Part shown: positions 1 through 9,379 of the stretch, piece after piece
How the letters are laid out: each line of letters starts with the position of its first letter
How positions within the stretch are numbered: position 1 is the first letter of the stretch
Origin: Candidatus Iainarchaeum sp.
GTDB taxonomy: Archaea > Iainarchaeota > Iainarchaeia > Iainarchaeales > 0-14-0-20-34-12
Assembly (NCBI GenBank): GCA_030649345.1
Contig: JAUSKK010000002.1
Location: 1 to 32,000 of the forward strand
DNA: 32,000 nt
Reading direction: 5' to 3'
The notes under the pieces: model-generated
The model's database searches: none
What the model was told of the DNA's origin: nothing
The model's input: only the letters and a program-made list of their open reading frames with translations
Translations under genes and position numbers: made by a program

Positions 1-939
1 AAATAAAGAAAAAATAAATAATGAAACAAAGCTAGGTGCAAAAAAAGAACCAAACGTTAACTGCAAACCTAAAGTAGTAAAAAAAATGGTTACAAAAAAA
101 TCACGCAAACCTTTAATGGCTGCATAAATATCCAAACTATACGGCAAAGCAGACAAAGCCAAACCAGCCATAAATGCACCCAACGGAATCGGCAAATGTA
201 AAATAAATTCTGCTAAAAAAATAAACACAAAACAACTCGACAAAGCAGCTAAATATAAAAGTTCATGAGATTTTGCAGCAAACTGATAAACAGCAGGATA
301 AACGTATTTGCTTAAAGCAAATGAAATAATAACCAAGATAGCACCCGAAAACAAAAACTGCAGTAATTGTTCACCGGATAAAAATAATGAAATATTGGTA
401 ATGAATGGCAGTAAAACAATGGCAATAATGTCTTGGACAATTAATATTCCAACCAAGATCCGGCCATGCAAAGTGTCTAATTTTTTTTGGTCGGATAAAA
501 TTTTGATAACCACCATAGTAGAAGAAAAAGAAATAGCTAAACCCAACAGCAAAGCTTCTGAAAAGCTCAGCAAATTCAAAAAATTACTGATAAGTACTAC
601 AAAAGTAGTGGTAATTAAAACTTGAAGAATTCCTGCAAACAAAACTACTTTTCCTACACTTTTTAGTTTCGAAAAATCTGATTCCACTCCAATGGAAAAT
701 AACAAAAAAGCCACTCCCAATTCAGACAAAATGCGAATTTCGGCCAAACTGGTTAAACCTAAAGGAATATCAAAAAAAGTCCAATTCAAAGAACCTAAGC
801 CGGCCGGCCCTAAAACCACTCCAGCCAAAATATAAGCCAGCAAAGAAGGCTGTTTTAAAGCACGGGCTATAAAATTAAAAAAAGTAGCAAAAACTACAAT
901 TAGACCTAAATCAACTAACAAAGATAATTCAAGCACCAT
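1..939 (-). CDS. Cation:proton antiporter (CPA2, Kef/NapA-like), N-terminal 313 codons; runs off the left edge
   Basis: Absent from the ORF track because it is truncated. My reverse-strand translation from the ATG at 937-939 is stop-free to base 1: MVLELSLLVDLGLIVVFATFFNFIARALKQPSLLAYILAGVVLGPAGLG...GILIVQDIIAIVLLP...IKGLRDFFVTIFFTTLGLQ. Multi-TM with CPA2-like motifs. Confidence 0.8.
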   Translation of the reverse strand, partial: MVLELSLLVDLGLIVVFATFFNFIARALKQPSLLAYILAGVVLGPAGLGSLNWTFFDIPLGLTSLAEIRILSELGVAFLLFSIGVESDFSKLKSVGKVVLFAGILQVLITTTFVVLISNFLNLLSFSEALLLGLAISFSSTMVVIKILSDQKKLDTLHGRILVGILIVQDIIAIVLLPFITNISLFLSGEQLLQFLFSGAILVIISFALSKYVYPAVYQFAAKSHELLYLAALSSCFVFIFLAEFILHLPIPLGAFMAGLALSALPYSLDIYAAIKGLRDFFVTIFFTTLGLQLTFGSFFAPSFVSLFIFSLF

Positions 940-949
940 ACAATAATCT

Positions 950-2353
950 TTAGAGTTTTCTTATTTTTAAGCCTTCGGATGTGTCGTCCAATTGAATTCC
1001 CAACTGGGTTAATTGAACCCTTACAGCATCTGCTTCCTTGAATTTTTTTTCTTTTCGTAATTTTTCTCTTAAATCAATTAATTCTTTTTCTTTTGAAGTT
1101 AATTGAACAGTTAATTGTTCCCAAGAAAAGATTTCAAAAATAGAATCCAATTCTTTAAAAAAATCTAAAACAATTCGAGTGTCTTGTTTGGAGAAATTTC
1201 CTAAATCCATGGCTTTATTTACTTGTTTTTCAAAAGCATACACTACAGCCCAACCATTCGGAAAATTAAAATCATCATTCATTTCTGCAATAAAGCTTTC
1301 CCGAGCTGTTTCAGTCAGTTTCTGAATTTTGTCAGAAACAATTCCTTGTTTTGAAACTTCCTGCAAACGTTGTAAAAATAAATTCAATCCATTCAAAGAA
1401 CGAATGGTTTTTTCCAATTCATTCCACGAAAAATCCAAACGAGAACGATAATGCATTTGAGAAATAAAAAAACGAAATTCTTTACCGGAATGTTTTTTCA
1501 GCAAATCTTGAATTTCAATATAATTGCCTAAAGATTTAGACATTTTTTCGCCTTCGACATTCAAAAAACCAGAATGCAGCCAATATTTTACAAATGGTTT
1601 TTTTCCAGTAGCTGCTTCGCTTTGCGCAATTTCATTTTCGTGATGCGGAAATTTTAAATCTTGAGCTCCTCCATGCAAATCAATTTGTGTTCCCAAATGT
1701 TTTAAGTTCATGGCACTGCATTCAATATGCCAGCCAGGTCTTCCGTTTCCGAATGGAGCGTCCCAGGAAGCAATACCTTCTTCTCCTGTTTTAACTTTTT
1801 TCCATAAAGCAAAATCTTGGGCTGAATGCTTTTCATATTTATCCGTATTCACTCGCAGACCAGTTACTTGGGTTGTTTTTTTAATTTTAGATAATTTTCC
1901 ATAATCTGCAAAAGCAGAAACTTTAAAGTAAACTCCGTCCTCGGTTTCATATGCAAATCTTTTTTTCAACAAAATTTGAATCAAGGAAATAATTTCAGGA
2001 ATATGTTCTGTGACTTTGGGATGAACTGTCGCTGGCTGAATATGCAAGGCAGTTAAATCCTTAAAAAAAACATCCGTGTATTTTTTGCCTAAAGAAAATA
2101 AGTCTGTATTTTGTTCACGGGCACGCTTAATCATGTCATCATGGACATCAGTAATATTCACAACATAATTAACTTGGTAATGCAGATATTCCAGATAACG
2201 GCGAATCATGTCAAAAGCAGAATAGGTTCGCGCATGACCAATATGCCCTGGACCATACACGGTTGGACCGCAGACATACATCCGAATTTTTCCTTTATCC
2301 AAAGGAATAAATTCTTCTTTTTGTTCAGTTAAAGAATTGAATACTTTCAACAT
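950..2353 (-). CDS. cysS: Cysteinyl-tRNA synthetase
   Basis: Class I aaRS motifs HIGH (GPGHIGHARTY) and KMSKS (EKMSKSLGN), with the CysRS-like N-terminus MLKVFNSLT..IRMYVCGPTVY. Start moved to the internal ATG at 2353, because the upstream extension to 2449 overlaps the preceding gene and is not aaRS-like. Confidence 0.9.
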   Translation of the reverse strand: MLKVFNSLTEQKEEFIPLDKGKIRMYVCGPTVYGPGHIGHARTYSAFDMIRRYLEYLHYQVNYVVNITDVHDDMIKRAREQNTDLFSLGKKYTDVFFKDLTALHIQPATVHPKVTEHIPEIISLIQILLKKRFAYETEDGVYFKVSAFADYGKLSKIKKTTQVTGLRVNTDKYEKHSAQDFALWKKVKTGEEGIASWDAPFGNGRPGWHIECSAMNLKHLGTQIDLHGGAQDLKFPHHENEIAQSEAATGKKPFVKYWLHSGFLNVEGEKMSKSLGNYIEIQDLLKKHSGKEFRFFISQMHYRSRLDFSWNELEKTIRSLNGLNLFLQRLQEVSKQGIVSDKIQKLTETARESFIAEMNDDFNFPNGWAVVYAFEKQVNKAMDLGNFSKQDTRIVLDFFKELDSIFEIFSWEQLTVQLTSKEKELIDLREKLRKEKKFKEADAVRVQLTQLGIQLDDTSEGLKIRKL

Positions 2354-2384
2354 AAATTCACTATACACATTAAAGCACAGGAAA

Positions 2385-3035
2385 TTAAAAAAAGGAACTG
2401 TTTTTCTTAAAATAAACACACGCCAATACACCTTTTTTGAAAGAAACAACGCCTTTGGATTGAATTAAAGTATTGCTTAAAGTTTTTCCTTTACCCCAAT
2501 GCAAAGTTGTATTTTGAGCAGGATACTTGAAACCTTTCAAAGAAAAGCCTTGCACCATTTCACTTAATGGAATAAATGAAACAAACATCCCAGGAACTCC
2601 TGAAATGACTTGTTTTTTTGAAGCCAAAAAAACTTCTTGATTTCCAAACACCAATTTTGCTTGAATTATTTTTGGGATTTGAACTAAAAGAAAAACATGA
2701 GTCAAAACCATATCTGCACGATTCCCCCAGGCACCTAAAATAATAATTTCTTTAAATTTTTCTTTTTTACAAAAATTTATAGCAAGCTCAATATCCAAAA
2801 AATCTTTTTCAATTGGAAATTTTAATTGGCTTACGTTTTTAAATTTTTTTAATGCTTTTTTTGAAATCGAATCCATATCGCCAATAATTAAATTTGGAAC
2901 CAATTTTGTTTTAACCAAATGATTGGCTCCGCCATCGACCGCAATCAAAAAGTCCGAAGATTGAATTAAAGACAAATCTGTTTTCGCCAGTACACCGGCA
3001 CAAAGCAAAACAGCCCGCTTTTTTTTAATGAACAT
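2385..3035 (-). CDS. Thiamine pyrophosphokinase
   Basis: LIAVDGGANHL..IIGDMDSI..KDFLDIELA..ILGAWGNRADM matches the TPK catalytic-domain pattern (ADGGAN, GDxDS, KDxTDxE, GGRxDH-like). A C-terminal thiamin-binding-like half follows. Confidence 0.7.
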   Translation of the reverse strand: MFIKKKRAVLLCAGVLAKTDLSLIQSSDFLIAVDGGANHLVKTKLVPNLIIGDMDSISKKALKKFKNVSQLKFPIEKDFLDIELAINFCKKEKFKEIIILGAWGNRADMVLTHVFLLVQIPKIIQAKLVFGNQEVFLASKKQVISGVPGMFVSFIPLSEMVQGFSLKGFKYPAQNTTLHWGKGKTLSNTLIQSKGVVSFKKGVLACVYFKKNSSFF

Positions 3036-4029
3036 AACTTACTTTTTGTTCTTCGTATTTAAAAGGTTGAACTAAAAAATTAGGCAAAAAGAAATTGGAA
3101 CGCAAACATTTGCGGTGAATTTTCCACTTACCTTTATCCAATACAAGGTCCCAATCCACCAATTTAGAGTTAACATAAATGCCAATTGTAAAAAAAGACA
3201 CTTTACTTTGTGTTTGAGTTGAAGAAAATCTAGGTTCGTGAATTATTTTTTTAAATTTTGCAACCCGCTGCTGAATTTCAGGCAAAGTATCTTGCGTGCT
3301 AAAATGATTTTTCAATAAATCATCGGAAGAACTCAGAATAATTCGATACTGGTTAATGCCAGTATATTTAAATAATTTTGGAATAAATGTCCAATTTGTT
3401 TTGGATAATTTAATTTTTGATGAATTCAAAAAATCTTCTAAACTATCCAAAGTATTCAAAAAAACAATTTTTTTCTTTTTAGCATCGTACACAAAACCCA
3501 GCCAGTTGTTTCCAAAATTAGAATGCGGCACAAAACTGCCCAATAAAAAGTTGTCAAAAAATTCTCCAAAGAAGAATATTCCGGATTTTGGAAAGGTTTC
3601 TTTCAAGTTAGTTACTAGTTGAGTTCTCAATTTTAAAAACGCATCCCAAGAATAATTTGTCAATAAACGTTTTTCAAATCCATGCAAATAATTTAAAACT
3701 TGCTGGGCCAATTGATCCAAGTCAGGATAAAGGTTTCCAAAAAAATGGCAGGCAAATACTTGATGTTCAGGTTCCAATTCCAATAATTGATAATTTAACA
3801 TGACTGAATTGGGATTCTGCATATTCAAAAATTGACGCAAACCTAATTTTCGAACCAGTTGTTTTTTGAAAAAAACATTTATTTCAAATAAATCCTGAAA
3901 CGGGCTGTTAGGCTTGGCCGGCAATTGAACAAAAACTAATTTGTATTGTTTGGTCGAGAAAATTTTGCTGTTTTCTTCACTAGACCATTTCCCTTTAATT
4001 ACCGGTGTTTGAATTTTTTTAATCGGCAT
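3025..4029 (-). CDS. Hypothetical protein, 334 aa, no recognisable domain; overlaps the downstream TPK gene by 11 nt
   Basis: Long clean ORF that fills the gap between purB and TPK on the same strand. No motif I recognise. Confidence 0.55.
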   Translation of the reverse strand: MPIKKIQTPVIKGKWSSEENSKIFSTKQYKLVFVQLPAKPNSPFQDLFEINVFFKKQLVRKLGLRQFLNMQNPNSVMLNYQLLELEPEHQVFACHFFGNLYPDLDQLAQQVLNYLHGFEKRLLTNYSWDAFLKLRTQLVTNLKETFPKSGIFFFGEFFDNFLLGSFVPHSNFGNNWLGFVYDAKKKKIVFLNTLDSLEDFLNSSKIKLSKTNWTFIPKLFKYTGINQYRIILSSSDDLLKNHFSTQDTLPEIQQRVAKFKKIIHEPRFSSTQTQSKVSFFTIGIYVNSKLVDWDLVLDKGKWKIHRKCLRSNFFLPNFLVQPFKYEEQKVSYVH

Positions 4030-4038
4030 ATAAAAAAT

Positions 4039-5415
4039 TTAAAAATTTAATTTCTTTTTCCAATAATTGCAAACAGTTACTGTTTTTTGTTCAGCCAAGC
4101 CAGTGTAGTTGAATGGATTTTCTAAAATGGATTTTTCTTGAGTTGAAAATTTTTGAACAAACGATTTCAAAGCAGAAGATTCATTCACTAAAACCATCAA
4201 GGGTTTTTTTTGCCGTGCACTGGCCAAGGTTAGTTCGCGGACAGTTTCGTGTGCATTTTTGCACCCATATTTAGACAATAAAACATACAAGGGTTCAGCC
4301 ACAATGGATTCTGCACTGGTTTCTAGATTTTTTTGCATACGATCTGAGTCCACACTTAACTTAGCAATAGTTCGATTCAGTCGCAGTGTACTTAAATAAA
4401 AAGCAATTAAAATTTCTTGATTAAACCTAGAACTAGCTGAATTGGTTAAATCTCTTTGATGTTCTGAGATTTGATCCAAAAACAAGGAAGTTACTCGCGG
4501 CATAAATGTTTTCCAAAAACTTTTTACATTTTCAAAATTAATGGGATTTCGTTTATGCGGCATGGTACTCGAACCCACTTGTTTGGATTCAAAGGCTTCA
4601 AATAATTCCGAAATTTCTGTACGCTGCAAGTGCCTAAAATCATCCGCAATATTGGCTAAAATTCCAAACGCCAAATTAATTTCCAGCAATAAACGAATTA
4701 AGGGCTCGGGCTGAATTACTTGCGAACTAATCCGCGAAGGTGTTAAGTTTAATTCCGCTAAAGTAAATTCTTCAAACTTTAAAGGATTTTCTAAAATTAA
4801 ACTAGGCGCGTTATACGCTCCAACAGCACCGGCAATTTTTCCAACCAAAGAATTATTTAATGCTTCTAATGCTTCAATACTTTGGCCTAAACGATCAATA
4901 TAGTTTGCCAGTGTGAAACCAAAAGTAATCGGCACAGCATGTTGTCCGTGAGTTCTTCCAATTTGAACTGTGCTTTTTTCACGGATAGCAAAATCAATTA
5001 AGGTTTTTTCCAGTTCCTTTAATTTGGGTAAAATGATTTCTTGAACAGCTGCACGATAACGTACAATATCTGCAGTATTCACTACATCATTGCTGGTTAA
5101 TCCCAAGTGAACAAATTCTTTTGAAGAATCTTTGCAATATTTGCGAATTACATTTACTAAAGCACGAATATCATGCTTGATTTTGTCTTCTTCTTCGTAC
5201 ACTGCTTTCGCTGTAACTTTAGATACAGCTTGTTCTACGTCTTGCACGACATCCAAAGAACATACTTTGAGTTTATGCAATGCTTTCACTGCAGCCAATT
5301 CAACCAGAGCATGGTATTTGATTCTAGCTTCTTCTGAAAAAAAAGACAAAAAAACCGGATCGTGATAACGTGAATCTAAAGGACTTACTGCATCAAATCT
5401 AGAAAGTTCAGACAT
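4039..5415 (-). CDS. purB: Adenylosuccinate lyase
   Basis: N-terminal SPLDSRY, fumarate-lyase signature GSSTMPHKRNP, and a 458-aa length typical of PurB. Confidence 0.9.
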   Translation of the reverse strand: MSELSRFDAVSPLDSRYHDPVFLSFFSEEARIKYHALVELAAVKALHKLKVCSLDVVQDVEQAVSKVTAKAVYEEEDKIKHDIRALVNVIRKYCKDSSKEFVHLGLTSNDVVNTADIVRYRAAVQEIILPKLKELEKTLIDFAIREKSTVQIGRTHGQHAVPITFGFTLANYIDRLGQSIEALEALNNSLVGKIAGAVGAYNAPSLILENPLKFEEFTLAELNLTPSRISSQVIQPEPLIRLLLEINLAFGILANIADDFRHLQRTEISELFEAFESKQVGSSTMPHKRNPINFENVKSFWKTFMPRVTSLFLDQISEHQRDLTNSASSRFNQEILIAFYLSTLRLNRTIAKLSVDSDRMQKNLETSAESIVAEPLYVLLSKYGCKNAHETVRELTLASARQKKPLMVLVNESSALKSFVQKFSTQEKSILENPFNYTGLAEQKTVTVCNYWKKKLNF

Positions 5416-5468
5416 AAATATAGTGTTAACGCAAACAATAAAAACCCCAGCGCAAAATGACTTTAAAA

Positions 5469-6410
5469 TTACTTCGATTGCTGTAAAAATTCTTGATATT
5501 GTTTTAAAACTTCTTTAAACTGAGGAACATTAAATACATGTTCATGGCACCAGGCATTGCATACACTTTGATACATTTCAGAAACAATCAAAATCAATTC
5601 TTTCGGCAAATGCGGCGGCTTTACATCAGTTCCTTTTTCTACGTATTCTTGATACCATGGCAAAGTTTTATAGTAATCGCGTAAAACTTGCTTGCTGATA
5701 TGAATTCCATTAAACAAAAACCTGTTTTCATCCAAAGTCCCCAAGACATCCAAGAGCATTAATTTTCCTTCTGCATCTAAACCAAATTCAATTTTTCCAT
5801 CTGCATGTTCTAAACCAATTTTTTCTGCACGCTCAGTAATAAATTCATTTACTTCCCCGGCAAAATATTTCAACTGAGCCAACTGAGTTTCAGAAAGTTT
5901 AGCCAATTCTTTGGCTTCTTTCCAGGAAAGATATCGATCATGATCTTCGAGTTTAGTACTGACATCCAAGATAGGCTCGGATAATTTTTCGCCAGGATTT
6001 GGAATTGAATTCAAACCAAAGTTTTCAGGTTTCACTTGCCCTGAATGAAAACGTTTCAGCAAAGAAGAACCTTCCGGCAAACTGTTTCGAAAAATTATTT
6101 CCAATGGAACCAAGCAATTCTTGGGATTCTGAGGAAGCTCATTTTTAGCCGGATCTAGAACACGCACTAATTTTACTTTCATTTCAGTTTCAGAAACTTG
6201 TTCAATAAAATGAGAATACATTCCTTGTTTTTCCAATTGTTCAAAATTATACGAAGCCATCTTACATAAAGCAGCTCCTTTTTTTGGAATCAAATCCGGC
6301 ATTTCACCATAATCAAAAACAGAATAACGATCCGAAAATTTAAAAATTCCCAAGCCTTCTTTGTGCTCAGACGCTTTTTCTAAAACAGTTAAATCTTTCA
6401 CTGAACCCAT
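5469..6410 (-). CDS. purC: SAICAR synthetase (long form)
   Basis: MGSVKDLTVLE..GIFKFSDRYSVFDYG N-terminus typical of PurC. Adjacent to purB. Confidence 0.85.
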   Translation of the reverse strand: MGSVKDLTVLEKASEHKEGLGIFKFSDRYSVFDYGEMPDLIPKKGAALCKMASYNFEQLEKQGMYSHFIEQVSETEMKVKLVRVLDPAKNELPQNPKNCLVPLEIIFRNSLPEGSSLLKRFHSGQVKPENFGLNSIPNPGEKLSEPILDVSTKLEDHDRYLSWKEAKELAKLSETQLAQLKYFAGEVNEFITERAEKIGLEHADGKIEFGLDAEGKLMLLDVLGTLDENRFLFNGIHISKQVLRDYYKTLPWYQEYVEKGTDVKPPHLPKELILIVSEMYQSVCNAWCHEHVFNVPQFKEVLKQYQEFLQQSK

Positions 6411-6519
6411 AAACTACACAACCACTTACCTACAGAGACCTAAACTGCTTTTTAACCTTTTCATGCAGTTCAAAGCAGTCAAACCAAAGAGTTATTTAAA
6501 CATTTAACAAAATTAAATT

Positions 6520-7602
6520 ATGCCTAAAAGTTCATGGATTCGAAAACTTAGACAAGGAACCAAAACTACATTCGGAAGAAGAATTGACAGAATACGAAAA
6601 ATGCTTCCAGTTGAAGAACAGCCTAAAACAAAAGTTACTTTGGCCAACGGAAAAGTAATTGACTTAATTGCAGTACGAGAACTTTTAGTCAACATGCATG
6701 CTTGGAAAGGCTTAGACCCAAAAGAATTGCGCAAAGTATTTCAAAAACAATTGGACCAATTTGAAAGACTTTCCAGAGTGCGAAGACTTCAAGCAGCAGG
6801 AAAAAGTTATCGAGAAATTGCCGCAGCCACTGGAGAAAAATATGGAACCATTCGCACTTGGCTGGATGGATCACAACTTCCTTTTTGGTTAAGCGAACGA
6901 TTTATGGTTGCGGAATTCAGACATCGAAAGCCAGTTAATTTACAAGCATTAACCAATCAAAAAGATCCTGCCGTTCAAAAAGCACTTGGATACATTGCAG
7001 GAACTTATTTTGGAAATTTATATAATGCACAGAACACCAGCGGAATGGCCATGCAATTACAATTTAGCGGAAGAAGTCCGGCAATAGCTCAAGAACTAAC
7101 TCAAGCAATAGATCTTACACGAGGATCTCAAACAAAAATTAAAATACGAGTAAAACCAACTGGAACAACACAAACATTCAAAGTGGCTTCCCAGGATTTA
7201 ATTCAGCAGCTCAATCAATTAACAGAATATGCTGAAAAACCTGCAAAAATTCAAAGACTATTAAAAACACCGGAAGCAGAATTGGCATTTTTGAAAGCAC
7301 TCATGGACAGCCATGGACTTGTTTGGGTAAATAAAAAAAACCCTAAAAAATCTTATATTCGAATAAATTTTTACAAAAAAAATACATTGCCCAATACAAC
7401 AAGTAGACTCGTACATCCCTCCATTCAAGAACTAACAGATTGCACACAACAACTGTTTAGAAAACACGGAATTACTACACGGTTTACGCCAACCGGAAAT
7501 GGAGCCAGTATATATATTCTTAAACGATCTTGGAAAACACTTCATCAAAAAATCGGGTTTAATGAAGAAAAACATGCAAAAAGACTCGCAGCATTGGCAT
7601 AA
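6520..7602 (+). CDS. Basic N-terminus plus helix-turn-helix plus two LAGLIDADG-like repeats (probably nuclease-dead homing-endonuclease-derived DNA-binding protein)
   Basis: HTH-like AGKSYREIAAATGEKYGTIRTWL (aa 93-115). Two LAGLIDADG-like helices about 100 aa apart: ALGYIAGTYFGNL (aa 155-167) and LAFLKALMDSHGL (aa 255-267). Each is followed by the usual ..L..QL...GI / IGF pattern. The coding call is solid, the family call is pattern recognition only. Confidence 0.5.
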   Translation: MPKSSWIRKLRQGTKTTFGRRIDRIRKMLPVEEQPKTKVTLANGKVIDLIAVRELLVNMHAWKGLDPKELRKVFQKQLDQFERLSRVRRLQAAGKSYREIAAATGEKYGTIRTWLDGSQLPFWLSERFMVAEFRHRKPVNLQALTNQKDPAVQKALGYIAGTYFGNLYNAQNTSGMAMQLQFSGRSPAIAQELTQAIDLTRGSQTKIKIRVKPTGTTQTFKVASQDLIQQLNQLTEYAEKPAKIQRLLKTPEAELAFLKALMDSHGLVWVNKKNPKKSYIRINFYKKNTLPNTTSRLVHPSIQELTDCTQQLFRKHGITTRFTPTGNGASIYILKRSWKTLHQKIGFNEEKHAKRLAALA

Positions 7603-7694
7603 ATTAATTCAACAATATTTTCTGCACATTAAATTCAACCCATCAACCAGCCTTTATAGACAGCAATATATATTGAAATCCATCTAAAATAAAT

Positions 7695-9353
7695 ATGAAA
7701 ACAAATTTTTTACTATTAGTTTTAATATTGCTTTTAAGCATTCTTACCGGCTGTACAACAACAAACAGCGATGCACTTACTTTTGTAAAAAAAATTCCAG
7801 ATGTGCAATCATTTTTAGAAGAAAATCCTGGCGCGGAAGCCAGAGTAATTTACTTGGATGCAGATTATGTAAGTGCAAATATTGAAATTATACGAAAAAA
7901 TTGCGGAGAACAAATGCAAATAATTCCATACTACTATGCAACCCTAGTAAACGAAAATCAAATTATTGAAATTTACACGGATGAAAGTGCAAGCAGAGTT
8001 TTATGCATTTTTAACCAAGCACTATATGAAAATGAAAACCCAGAAGACGGAACAGAAATAATGGACGGCAATGATGAATTAACCACTGGAGAGGATTTAA
8101 ACGACTTGGAAATTAGCATAGATGATTTGAATGACAATGCAGACGAAACAGGAAATGATTTTGCAGACAATAACGTTGATGACTCCACAGATACTGATTT
8201 AGAAAATGAAAACAATTTTGGCCCAGAATATAATTTAGAAGACCAAGCATTTTCAGACACAGTCTGCAGCACAATGCCCAACACTGCAATGCATTTAGTG
8301 GATGAATACATCGCAGTCCTTATACCGTCTAGACTGGACAGTACACTGGCAGAAACAGGAGAAAGAATAACGTTTACAAAACAAGATGGTTTTACTGACT
8401 GGGGACAATATTACAATGCAGACACCAGCAACACAGAAGGCAGATATTTTTGGAAATGCTGGATTAATGGAGGACCCAATAATCATTTATGCATTATTCC
8501 AATATCTGCAGAAATAAATTATGGAAATGGAAATACAGTAACCAAAACAGGAGCTATCCGACTTGCGTTCTCCGGACCCTTGGAAGCACTTAAATTAAAA
8601 ACAACCAATACTTCAACAACCCAAACCAATACAGATGCAACTATTACTTCAGATAATAATTCAACAACTCAAGATGAGCCAGTTACCAGTGATTCCAATG
8701 GACCACAATCCGCACCCTACATGGGGCTTCCAGGCCCGAGAAGTGCTACAACTCAATCACCATCAGATTCACTTATTCAAACAAGTACTGCAAATTTTTC
8801 TGAAGAATGCCCAGCTGAACCCAGTTATGGAGAAGGTGGACCCAGAATGGTTGTTCCTCAAATGGGACGTTCCTGGATTCCAATCAGTGAACAAATGCCG
8901 CCCAATCAATGTTATGGGCCCAAAGAAGCAGTGCCTACATTTACAAAAACAGATTGTGCTGTTATCTTTGATGATCCATGCCCTGAACTACGAGAACAAA
9001 CACTATGCGGCAAATGTGATTATACGCATACATCACTTTTTACAGATGCAGACACAAGATATTATGTTCACCCAGAATACAAGTCTAACCTAGGACAATG
9101 CAGATACTGCAATAGCAATCAATCCTGCGGAAGCAATGACAATTATGGAATATGCGGATCTGTTTGTGTCAATACACCCATAGTACCACCGCCAGCCAGA
9201 AATTATTACATTAATTGCGGACAATGTACTGAAGGCCAGCCATTTGCCATTGATTTTCCAGACAGAAGCATTGAATCCTGGAGTGCCTGCATAAACAATT
9301 ACAATTGGTGTGTTGACATTGGATGCGGTAGAATTTTAGACAACTGCAGATAA
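7695..9353 (+). CDS. Secreted lipoprotein: PepSY-like N-domain, acidic D/N/E-rich tract, Thr/Ser-rich linker, Cys-rich C-terminal domain
   Basis: Signal peptide plus lipobox MKTNFLLLVLILLLSILTGC. Acidic tract ENENPEDGTEIMDGNDELTTGEDLNDLEISIDDLNDNADETGNDFADNNVDDSTDTDLENENN. Linker TTNTSTTQTNTDATITSDNNSTTQ. The last ~180 aa carry many Cys (CGKCDY, CRYCNSNQSCGS, CGSVCVN, CGQCTEG, CVDIGCG..NCR). Confidence 0.7.
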   Translation: MKTNFLLLVLILLLSILTGCTTTNSDALTFVKKIPDVQSFLEENPGAEARVIYLDADYVSANIEIIRKNCGEQMQIIPYYYATLVNENQIIEIYTDESASRVLCIFNQALYENENPEDGTEIMDGNDELTTGEDLNDLEISIDDLNDNADETGNDFADNNVDDSTDTDLENENNFGPEYNLEDQAFSDTVCSTMPNTAMHLVDEYIAVLIPSRLDSTLAETGERITFTKQDGFTDWGQYYNADTSNTEGRYFWKCWINGGPNNHLCIIPISAEINYGNGNTVTKTGAIRLAFSGPLEALKLKTTNTSTTQTNTDATITSDNNSTTQDEPVTSDSNGPQSAPYMGLPGPRSATTQSPSDSLIQTSTANFSEECPAEPSYGEGGPRMVVPQMGRSWIPISEQMPPNQCYGPKEAVPTFTKTDCAVIFDDPCPELREQTLCGKCDYTHTSLFTDADTRYYVHPEYKSNLGQCRYCNSNQSCGSNDNYGICGSVCVNTPIVPPPARNYYINCGQCTEGQPFAIDFPDRSIESWSACINNYNWCVDIGCGRILDNCR

Positions 9354-9379
9354 AATAGCTTCAAATTTATTTTTAAAAA

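Noticed and set aside
308-625. 105-aa + strand ORF
   Set aside because: It is antisense to a continuous, motif-bearing CPA2 antiporter reading frame and has low-complexity composition.
2354-2449. Extended N-terminus of cysS given in the ORF track (start at 2449)
   Set aside because: The extra 32 residues (MFLSKKVYWRVFILRKTVPFFNFLCFNVYSEF) are not aaRS-like and overlap the 3' end of the TPK gene. The internal ATG at 2353 gives the canonical CysRS N-terminus.
6443-6480. 8-bp stem ACTGCTTT/AAAGCAGT with a 20-nt loop in the purC / HTH-gene divergent promoter
   Set aside because: It is a single modest stem with a large loop and no conserved riboswitch sequence that I recognise. It cannot be distinguished from chance without comparative data.
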